Below, piece after piece: positions 56,711 through 64,000 of a stretch of 64,000 nucleotides of DNA. Each line of letters starts with the position of its first letter. Within the stretch, counting starts at the first letter, position 1. Position numbers and translations under genes: made by a program. The notes beneath the pieces are model-generated. The model was not told the DNA's origin, searched no databases, and saw only the letters and a list, made by a program, of their open reading frames with translations. The stretch lies in the IMG/VR virus record IMGVR_UViG_3300045971_000577, positions 124,001 to 188,000 of that record; one strand, 5' to 3'.

Positions 56711-56960
56711 CAGTCTTTATACGATGTACCATTCGTGTGAAACGATTAGGGTCTGCTCCACGTATACTTGACACAAACCGTTTCTTCAGGGCGTCGGCCT
56801 GCTCTGGGGAAAAGTTCTCATCAATAGAGTCGAGTAAATTTATAGCGGAAACTATAATATGTTGGGCGCGGGCTTCGATGAGGTCTTCTTTGCTATTTTG
56901 AGGAACATAAGAACTAATCTCTTCGAGTATCGATCTACTTCTACGGTTTATAGATGGCAA
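56673..56960 (-). CDS. hypothetical protein
   Basis: RSILEEI...RA.HII.SAINL...SIRG.D..RF; late promoter upstream. Confidence 0.6.
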   Translation of the reverse strand: MPSINRRSRSILEEISSYVPQNSKEDLIEARAQHIIVSAINLLDSIDENFSPEQADALKKRFVSSIRGADPNRFTRMVHRIKTDGNGDEEDHDSK

Positions 56961-57008
56961 AATACAGTCTCCAAATGCTTTGAACTATTTATCTGTGATT
57001 CAGATATT

Positions 57009-58460
57009 TTATCGTTTCTTTACAAACGCTCGTAATGCCTGCGCACCTTCCAACGGATCAACCTTCGACGATGTTTCTCTCGGAGTTATCTTTGTGATTT
57101 CCCCGGAGGTGACATCCAATTTCTCGCCTGACCTAACAACACTCTTCTTCTTTAGTTGTTCATAGATATTCTTCGAAGTTGCTGTTACCGCATTGTCATC
57201 ATCTTCGTCGAGATCAGATATTCTTAAACTCTTGTTGTTGAATGCTAAATCTACTTTTGATCCTACACCAGAACTGGAACGTGTCTTGATAAATTGAATT
57301 TGATATCTTCCCCCTTCCTTCATTGCAGCACTTGTGAAAATACCAATCACATTATCTGCTGTGTTGACTTTAGAAATGCCGCCGGCGATGTGACTTGGAT
57401 CGTATTCAATTTCTTCATAAGATCCACGATTCAATTGTGAAGCTGAAACTGTTACTGTGTCGAGTTCAATCGCCAGATTACGTAATTCTTCTGTTACATA
57501 TTTGTCCTTCACGAACAAATTTTCCGCAGAAATCTTCTTGCTCATGGGCATCATCAAGTCCAAATAGTCAACAAGAATTGCATCAACCTTTAGTTTAGTT
57601 GCAATTTCGTATTCTTTAATGAACGCACGGATGTCGTTTGATGTACAACCGTTGGGTAATTGCTTTACACGAAACGAACCCTTGCTCTTTTGTTGCGATG
57701 CTCGTACCTTGATATGCACATCGTCGATGTTACGCATAACTTCACGAGTTTCATATCCAGTGTGCATTGCGTCAATACGCATGGAGCAAAGCTTTTCACT
57801 AAGTTCAAGTGAAAGATAAACTACGTTTAGTCCAGCCTGTGCCCAATTTACGGCAAGATTTTGGAGAAAAAGCGATTTCCCCGCTCCAGATTGTCCAGCA
57901 AAAATTGTAATCTCGCCCTTGTTGAGACCACCGTACAACTTTTCGTCGACCGTCTTCCACCCCGTCGAACATTGACCTTTACCCTCGCGGATCGCTTCAA
58001 GCCGCGCTTTAGGATTGGCATAGTAATCCGTGCCAAGGTCCTTGACAAGTGCGATCTGGACGGCTGCCTTGATTGACGCTTCAACTTCGCCATATCTTCC
58101 CTCATCGAGTAAATCGGGTGATGCAAGAATAGCATCACGCAATGCCTTATGTCTACAAAACTTTTCAAACTCGCGCAGAAACCAGTTCTCATGAACTGAT
58201 GCCTCTACTTCCATAATCTTTACTTCTTTGCGCGTCAGTGCTTTGATCTGATCTAATGACGGAATGTTAGAGAAGTCCGTGCTGTAGCTTTCAATGAAAG
58301 CAACCGTATCTTTGTTTTGCTTATCATCGAAGTAATCCGATCTAATAATTCCCTTGCAACGAACAAAAAGATCCGGATTACTCATCATAAAACTAATGAA
58401 TAAATCCTCAATATCTTTACTGTAGTCGTTGATTTCACTTGCGTTTTCTTGATCTGCCAT
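57009..58460 (-). CDS. replicative DnaB-like helicase (T4 gp41-like)
   Basis: STGW, Walker A GQSGAGKS, SLEL, VDYLDL, ASQLNR, KTR. Confidence 0.93.
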   Translation of the reverse strand: MADQENASEINDYSKDIEDLFISFMMSNPDLFVRCKGIIRSDYFDDKQNKDTVAFIESYSTDFSNIPSLDQIKALTRKEVKIMEVEASVHENWFLREFEKFCRHKALRDAILASPDLLDEGRYGEVEASIKAAVQIALVKDLGTDYYANPKARLEAIREGKGQCSTGWKTVDEKLYGGLNKGEITIFAGQSGAGKSLFLQNLAVNWAQAGLNVVYLSLELSEKLCSMRIDAMHTGYETREVMRNIDDVHIKVRASQQKSKGSFRVKQLPNGCTSNDIRAFIKEYEIATKLKVDAILVDYLDLMMPMSKKISAENLFVKDKYVTEELRNLAIELDTVTVSASQLNRGSYEEIEYDPSHIAGGISKVNTADNVIGIFTSAAMKEGGRYQIQFIKTRSSSGVGSKVDLAFNNKSLRISDLDEDDDNAVTATSKNIYEQLKKKSVVRSGEKLDVTSGEITKITPRETSSKVDPLEGAQALRAFVKKR

Positions 58461-59502
58461 TTTGCTGAATATTCCATGTTAGTCGGATCTTATCTTTTCC
58501 AGAAACCGCCGAAGAAATAATCGAATGTGTGGTTAGTAACCTACCGTATTTCTCTGCTGCCTTTGCTGCGTCTTTTATGTCCGGCGACCATTTCGGAAAA
58601 GACACAGCCCAATCATTTTCAATAGCAACTTCTACAAGATCCCAGCCTTTTTGATCTCTATCAGGACAGACTATAACCTGCTTCTGTAAACGGTTTATGA
58701 TGTCAACCTTTGATTGGCCTATTTCTCCAAGGTTGCTTACACCATCTACCGTCCAGGCATCCAATACACCCTCGTTTACAATACAGTATTTACGTGACCA
58801 ATCACCCTGAGGGTCTAAGTTATAGACAAAGTCTTCAGGGCACTGCTGATAATACTTGGGTGGGAATTTTTCTCCTGAGTCGTAATTCAATCTTGAAGTA
58901 AATCCAACGATTTTACCGCGGAAGTAATACGGAATTATCACACGCCTATTTAGATCGTGCTTAGTGGATGGTGTCCAATAGAACTCGTCCAGATTGTATA
59001 TTCGCCTATTGATAAGATATTCAACAGTCGTTAGAAACTCTGGATCATCTAGCCCGTATTCTAGCCATTGATTTATTGTCAACGAATCTTCAGGAAGATT
59101 CATAGGCTTCCACTTCTGGAACAATGACTTGAGTTTACTTTCTAATGTTTCGGGTGGCTTTTCGCCGTCGCCCTCTCTCACTTCGGCAATGTTATTTTTC
59201 TGTTTGAATATTTCAAATTCAATCTGTTCAATAAACTTATCGTCAACGTGGATTTGCTTCAAGAAGAACTTCAATGATTTAGAAAGTTCTTTGCCTTCAG
59301 TATATGCTGCGCTAAATCCGCAGTTGAAGCAGTTCATACAAATAGAGTTAGGATTAAACTGTATACCGAAGCGAAATCGTGTATCCGCACCGTGTCCCTG
59401 CGTATGACAGAGTGGGCAATTTCTCTTCTTCCACGATTTAGGTGCATCCCTTAATTGCCCTATGTTAGCTAATATGGCTTCTTTTAATATATCATTTATC
59501 AT
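58435..59502 (-). CDS. DNA primase (T4 gp61-like)
   Basis: CPLC...CFNC zinc finger, IIP, KY, TOPRIM EGVLDA, PDRD..G, KD. Confidence 0.88.
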   Translation of the reverse strand: MINDILKEAILANIGQLRDAPKSWKKRNCPLCHTQGHGADTRFRFGIQFNPNSICMNCFNCGFSAAYTEGKELSKSLKFFLKQIHVDDKFIEQIEFEIFKQKNNIAEVREGDGEKPPETLESKLKSLFQKWKPMNLPEDSLTINQWLEYGLDDPEFLTTVEYLINRRIYNLDEFYWTPSTKHDLNRRVIIPYYFRGKIVGFTSRLNYDSGEKFPPKYYQQCPEDFVYNLDPQGDWSRKYCIVNEGVLDAWTVDGVSNLGEIGQSKVDIINRLQKQVIVCPDRDQKGWDLVEVAIENDWAVSFPKWSPDIKDAAKAAEKYGRLLTTHSIISSAVSGKDKIRLTWNIQQNGRSRKRK

Positions 59503-60283
59503 GTATTTCTTCTAAATTCCATCCATGCTTAGATGGCTTCTTTTTTCGATGACAACCATATATTATGTTGTATGGCAAATTATTCTCTTTACAGAAATCA
59601 TTGATGCTTTTGATTATTTCTGTGCTACCGTCCGGAAAGGTAAGTCTCCAACTTTTTGCAGTGCCGGATGCTTCTTTGAATTTTCTAATTCTTTCCTGTG
59701 CTTCTTCGGCGGTCTCTTTTTCAAATCTATTTTTCTGCCCTATACTGTATCTTAATCTATCTTCCTCTGTAAGCACTTTTTCTTGCCACGCGGCTCTTAA
59801 CCCGTTACTAATCCTGATACCATACTCTTCAAGAGCCTTATCATCCTGATATATTGTATTCCAGAAGTCGTTAGATATTTCACTTCGACGAATTTTTCTA
59901 TCGGGATTCAGTATATAATTCTTTTTTCTTGTTTCGGATGATTTCTGTATTATTTCTTTTAGATGATCACTATCTAAATTTCGGTATGTATTGCCACCGG
60001 TTCCGCCTTCGGTAATATTATATCCATTAGGTTTTATTGTGTTAAATGTAGCAATAAATTCTATTTCAAGATTATCAAGATCTGTAGAATTATCCGTCTC
60101 GGCAAGTATAGTAAGTTCAAAGTTATCTATACCATATTTTCTTAATGCTCGATGAAAATATGATGTTATATTTTCTTTTTTGGATTCTTTAATGTGCTCC
60201 GATAATCTAATATCAATAGTGCGCTCAGTCTTACCTATGTAAGATTTTTGATTTAGTTTATTTGTTGCTTTATAAATTAACAT
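59492..60283 (-). CDS. GIY-YIG homing endonuclease
   Basis: LIYKATN...SYIGKT...R..EH...E...I...GYN.TEGG. Confidence 0.88.
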   Translation of the reverse strand: MLIYKATNKLNQKSYIGKTERTIDIRLSEHIKESKKENITSYFHRALRKYGIDNFELTILAETDNSTDLDNLEIEFIATFNTIKPNGYNITEGGTGGNTYRNLDSDHLKEIIQKSSETRKKNYILNPDRKIRRSEISNDFWNTIYQDDKALEEYGIRISNGLRAAWQEKVLTEEDRLRYSIGQKNRFEKETAEEAQERIRKFKEASGTAKSWRLTFPDGSTEIIKSINDFCKENNLPYNIIYGCHRKKKPSKHGWNLEEIHDK

Positions 60284-60333
60284 AATAGATAACTCCAGTA
60301 AAGGATAGTGTATATTATGTATTTATCGAATGA

Positions 60334-60552
60334 TTAAGTTTCTGTCCAGGATTTTACAGCATCAAATGCGCGTGTTAAGTCGGGATCGGCGCCGCCGAGA
60401 AACATAAGAAGATCGTCCCGGTCTATACTATCGAGCTCTCTTATACACCTAGATTTATCGATCTCGTTTTGTTTTTGCTTAGGAAAATATTCTCTAACAA
60501 GATCATATATCTTCCGAATTTCCGGAGTGGAAAATTCAAAATTATTAGACAT
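60334..60552 (-). CDS. hypothetical protein
   Basis: ORF in operon. Confidence 0.5.
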   Translation of the reverse strand: MSNNFEFSTPEIRKIYDLVREYFPKQKQNEIDKSRCIRELDSIDRDDLLMFLGGADPDLTRAFDAVKSWTET

Positions 60553-60871
60553 CTAATCTCGGCCGGATATTTTTCCCATCAATGATAAGATAATGCTGGT
60601 CGCTAAAACGACCAGATGCTATATTAGTCACCAATACCGTTAGCAAATAGCTACCATCTGCAAATTTTCTGTTAATGGTTGCGGGAATACACCCATCCTT
60701 ATCTACAGCACCCTCTGTTCTAAAAATACCAATCGGTTCCCCTTTAAGTGATGCCGGTTCTAAAAATTTAGAACTATCCCATAGGTCAGCATACTCGGCG
60801 TCTTCTAACTCTGTCCATACAAAACACGCTAGTTCAGTAGGAATTCTTACCAGATCTAAATGATTAAACAT
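60545..60871 (-). CDS. hypothetical protein
   Basis: SD AGGAG; promoter TTGACT-17-TATACT upstream. Confidence 0.6.
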   Translation of the reverse strand: MFNHLDLVRIPTELACFVWTELEDAEYADLWDSSKFLEPASLKGEPIGIFRTEGAVDKDGCIPATINRKFADGSYLLTVLVTNIASGRFSDQHYLIIDGKNIRPRLDV

Positions 60872-61013
60872 ATCTTTCTCCTATACTTACGCAAGTATAG
60901 CAGTTCATGCCATGAAAGTCAAGTATGATATGGGCTGATTACTTATATCCTAATTCCTTAAGTTTATCGATCACCATATCGAGATATCCATCGGGTTCTA
61001 CCTCTTCCTTGAA

Positions 61014-61322
61014 CTACTTAAATTGCCCGTTGGGTAATGAATATACAATTCTGTTTTTAACATCTACGCGATGTTTATTAGGTTTATCACTGAAAATAGG
61101 ATCTTTTGTCCAACATTCATAGGTATAATTTCCAACTTTTACTATCGAATTTGTATCAAGATAAGATTTCAATTCAGGCGTGTCAGTTCCCTTACCGTCC
61201 CAAATCAAAACCCATTTCCCTTTTGCCTGAGCGCCACCTGCAACGGCCAATCCTGCTGCGCCTGCAGCACCCTTCAAAAATCCACGACGTGAAATATCTT
61301 CTAAAATTTCTTCTAATCTCAT
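61014..61322 (-). CDS. Tat-signal-bearing small protein
   Basis: MRLEEILED-ISRRGFLKG-AAGAAGLAVAGG-AQA. Confidence 0.65.
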   Translation of the reverse strand: MRLEEILEDISRRGFLKGAAGAAGLAVAGGAQAKGKWVLIWDGKGTDTPELKSYLDTNSIVKVGNYTYECWTKDPIFSDKPNKHRVDVKNRIVYSLPNGQFK

Positions 61323-61323
61323 G

Positions 61324-62193
61324 TTATGTCCTTACAATAAGTTTCTCTAGAACTCCAGGGTTCAACACTTCAGTTGATGGGAAATATCTAAACTTCAACC
61401 ACATGAAGTTGGCAGAGAATGTCCATGCTTGTGTACCAGTATAACCGATATACTCGATACTGGTGGACATCGTTGTAGGGAATATCTCGAACCACCGATT
61501 ATGATTGAGATATGGATCTGGCGTTTCTTCTAATGAACCCCATATTTCTAAGATGCCAGTGAAGTCCTTAGTATATGTCGAAAAGGAATGCACTGAATCG
61601 ACATGATTTTGGACTCGTGACCCGGGAATTCTAGACGAGTAGAAACACGGTCTTGGGGCACCCATAAGTGGAGCCATAATGTCTGGTGTCCAATCTCCGG
61701 GCAATAGTGTTACGCTAGGAATAGGTGACTTGAACGCTTGTTCAGTAATTTCCAATTCCATAGATACATTATTATCCATATCCGAAAACATAGGCATCTC
61801 TACATAATAATCAGGAACATTAACTACAAATTCCTTTGTTCTGATAAGAACCATATTGTAGATACCAGCAGCAATACGGGCAATATCACCACTATCTAGT
61901 TCTAATGTGATAATACCTTTGGCCGGGCCTAGCTTGCATAGCTTTTCAAGTACAACAGTCTTATTGTCGGGATCGATAACCCGTGCATAAACTTGTTGGT
62001 TACACGCAACATCGTACGGAACTCGATCGGGCTGTAAGGCTCTAAAGAAGATTTTATTGTCCACACCTTTATGACATTTTATTGGGTTTTTGGACATGGG
62101 TCCCGTATCCTTACAAGGACAAAAAGAATCACCAACGACTGTCAACTGTCTGACATGGTCGTACATATATACCTTATTTAGGTTTATATCCAT
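61324..62193 (-). CDS. conserved hypothetical protein, possible structural protein
   Basis: HKGVDNKIFF; beta-rich 289 aa. Confidence 0.55.
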   Translation of the reverse strand: MDINLNKVYMYDHVRQLTVVGDSFCPCKDTGPMSKNPIKCHKGVDNKIFFRALQPDRVPYDVACNQQVYARVIDPDNKTVVLEKLCKLGPAKGIITLELDSGDIARIAAGIYNMVLIRTKEFVVNVPDYYVEMPMFSDMDNNVSMELEITEQAFKSPIPSVTLLPGDWTPDIMAPLMGAPRPCFYSSRIPGSRVQNHVDSVHSFSTYTKDFTGILEIWGSLEETPDPYLNHNRWFEIFPTTMSTSIEYIGYTGTQAWTFSANFMWLKFRYFPSTEVLNPGVLEKLIVRT

Positions 62194-62873
62194 TATTTGG
62201 CTACCTTTTTGCAGTTATCAAAATGCCATCTTTGCATGGCGCCTTTTCCACCCGATTTATCACAATACGGGCATGTATTTATTATCTTCTTGCTACCCAA
62301 TAAATGAGATGGCCGGCCCTTTAGCGAATTTGAGCTTCCTTTCTTGGGGCCTGGTTTTCCCTTCTCCTTTATCGGTTTTTCTTTCTTCATTCCTTTGTTC
62401 CACGCGTCTTTACCGAACATGGGATTTTTATCTCCCTGTTTTGACTTGGAAATATTATCTCTATGAGTTTCACTTTTAGATATACCCTTACCAAAACCAG
62501 CAAGCGTGTTGGATATCTTCTCTCTTGTTTCTGCAGTAACCACATAATTATCATTAGATCTACGGGTGACAGCCTGTTTCTTTCTTGACTCTGCCGATAC
62601 TATACGTCCGGCACTTCCTTCGCCACCATCAGTCATATTTCGAAGGATGCCAGTGCCATTATCTTTCCGACCGTACCAGCGGATCATTCTGCGTTCAATA
62701 GCAAACGCACCGAGTTCGGTAAGCTTTGTTTCAAGAAAGATTATTCTATTACGATCTTGCGGTACAGCTATACTATGATTTTTAGAGAATGCTCGGCTAT
62801 CCTTCCCCTTACCTATGTGATAGGGTGAGAAATCCGCACGAAGATAAGCATAAACATAAAATTCTGTGTTCAT
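62193..62873 (-). CDS. GIY-YIG-like homing endonuclease with NUMOD3 repeats
   Basis: FYVYAYLR...PYHIGKG..RA...E...I..YGRK....L.N.TDGGEG; [16 protein letters not shown]; CPYC. Confidence 0.85.
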   Translation of the reverse strand: MNTEFYVYAYLRADFSPYHIGKGKDSRAFSKNHSIAVPQDRNRIIFLETKLTELGAFAIERRMIRWYGRKDNGTGILRNMTDGGEGSAGRIVSAESRKKQAVTRRSNDNYVVTAETREKISNTLAGFGKGISKSETHRDNISKSKQGDKNPMFGKDAWNKGMKKEKPIKEKGKPGPKKGSSNSLKGRPSHLLGSKKIINTCPYCDKSGGKGAMQRWHFDNCKKVAK

Positions 62874-62919
62874 AATCTATTATTTATCACCCGCAGCGTG
62901 TGTATCGATAAATATCATT

Positions 62920-63291
62920 ATGATAAAATTAGACGAAATTCAATCAAAGTTCCCCTTCCTTAGCGGGTTAAAGTGCCTTACTCACGAGTATATTGGCATC
63001 ATTCAGAACTCTGACGATAAAATTATAAGTTTCTACGATTATGAATCGATTAGGACGCCAGAAGAAAAGAAGCTCTTCTTAGAGTATGGCGAAATTTGGT
63101 GGTGGGAGAGTAATAGACTTCTGCCTATCAACATCTTTATGCAGGGCCAAATGGTCCCGTTTAGGTATTGTCTCAAGACAATGGTCAATAAAGATGTAGA
63201 GATTATGTTTGGTTCGGTAACAAGCCTAAACAACATAATGAAGAAGCGTATTAAGAAACGACAGATTCAGCTAGTAAGACGGCAGGACTAG
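62920..63291 (+). CDS. conserved hypothetical protein
   Basis: KFPFLS...EYIGIIQN...WWWESNR.LPINIF; late promoter at 62907. Confidence 0.65.
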   Translation: MIKLDEIQSKFPFLSGLKCLTHEYIGIIQNSDDKIISFYDYESIRTPEEKKLFLEYGEIWWWESNRLLPINIFMQGQMVPFRYCLKTMVNKDVEIMFGSVTSLNNIMKKRIKKRQIQLVRRQD

Positions 63292-63460
63292 ATTCTTCAA
63301 ATTCAATACTGGCGTATTCAAATTGTGCGCCCATAAGACGAAAGATAACCAAGTCTGATTCGTCTACAGTTACATTTTCGCAGCCATTTGAATGATAGAG
63401 TTTGCGAACTCTATCAAAATCACATATTATGAAATTCTCTTTCACACATTTATAAGTCAT
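63251..63460 (-). CDS. hypothetical protein
   Basis: Coupled to the DnaE fragment. Confidence 0.45.
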   Translation of the reverse strand: MTYKCVKENFIICDFDRVRKLYHSNGCENVTVDESDLVIFRLMGAQFEYASIEFEESSPAVLLAESVVS

Positions 63461-63999
63461 TCTTGTGACATTTTCTCAACAAGTAGATTTAGGTGGACAA
63501 TAATGGCCAGAGAGTAGGATATAGAATGGCTTCTTTTGAAAAAGTAAGCATCATCGCCCTCGACCTTTACCCACACATCTTTGCGAATTCTATCCCAGTC
63601 ATGCCGCTGTAGGTATGCTTTTGCTGGGCGCATAATCGCCAAAATCATAGCTAAATCCTCGACCGACTTAGGCTTGTATCGCTGTAGTAGGTCGCTATGC
63701 CCTTTGAGGTGGAATAACTGGTCAGTTATCTCTTCGTATTCAAAGAAATCCCAAGGTGGTTCTTTATTTAGAAGGTCAAGTAGATGCTGCTCGCTCCTAA
63801 CACCTTCATACATGTTTACATTCAAGAAGTCAATCTTAAAATATCCATAATCCTTGGCAATACGGTGATCAATCGTAGAAATGTTTGTTACAGGATCGCG
63901 TGGAATATTCTGAAAATAGATAGCCGTATTATGCTTATCATATTTGTTATCAGCACGGTCAATGCGGCCAACAACATGCTCCAATCCTTGCAAGATTTT
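63457..63999 (-). CDS. DnaE (Pol III alpha)-like second fragment, 5' end beyond the window
   Basis: KHNTAIY, GYFKIDFLN (third catalytic Asp), LAIMRPA, YFFKRSHSISY (DnaE FNKSHA.AY). Confidence 0.8.
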   Translation of the reverse strand, partial: KILQGLEHVVGRIDRADNKYDKHNTAIYFQNIPRDPVTNISTIDHRIAKDYGYFKIDFLNVNMYEGVRSEQHLLDLLNKEPPWDFFEYEEITDQLFHLKGHSDLLQRYKPKSVEDLAMILAIMRPAKAYLQRHDWDRIRKDVWVKVEGDDAYFFKRSHSISYSLAIIVHLNLLVEKMSQE

Positions 64000-64000
64000 A

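Noticed and set aside
1-64000. CRISPR array or long tandem DNA repeats
   Set aside because: Intergenic gaps are short and I saw no repeat-spacer periodicity.
1-64000. Stop-codon reassignment
   Set aside because: Conserved genes are full length in the standard code, and TAA, TAG and TGA all end genes.

Overview
A 64-kb, gene-dense slice of a large T4-like (jumbo myovirus-type) bacteriophage genome, coded almost entirely on the - strand. It encodes replication proteins (clamp loader, gp41-like helicase, primase, ATP-dependent DNA ligase, and two separated fragments of a DnaE/Pol III alpha-like polymerase) and nucleotide and cofactor metabolism (class II RNR, thymidylate synthase, dCMP deaminase, MazG, FolE, QueD, NAMPT and NadM-Nudix NAD salvage). 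It also carries a proteostasis and translation set (ClpP, ClpX, ClpS, Hsp20, GroES, bS21), RNA-repair-type enzymes, four GIY-YIG-type homing endonucleases, probable virion proteins and many small hypothetical genes. Two promoter classes are visible: sigma70-like TTGAC-N17-TAnAnT and a T4-late-like GATAAATA. The most unusual observations are: (1) a promoter-driven tRNA-Thr(UGU)-like RNA with a 66-nt D-loop and an enlarged T-loop; (2) a shared two-hairpin leader (AYAGA loop plus GGAGY loop) in front of both NAD-salvage genes; (3) a ~208-aa HNH-like domain inserted in frame in thymidylate synthase with no intein motifs; (4) a phage-borne PEP-CTERM protein; (5) a protein with a capsid-leader-like N-terminus followed by a Tat signal; (6) a split, minimal DnaE. 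All calls come from motif recognition by eye; no database searches were run.
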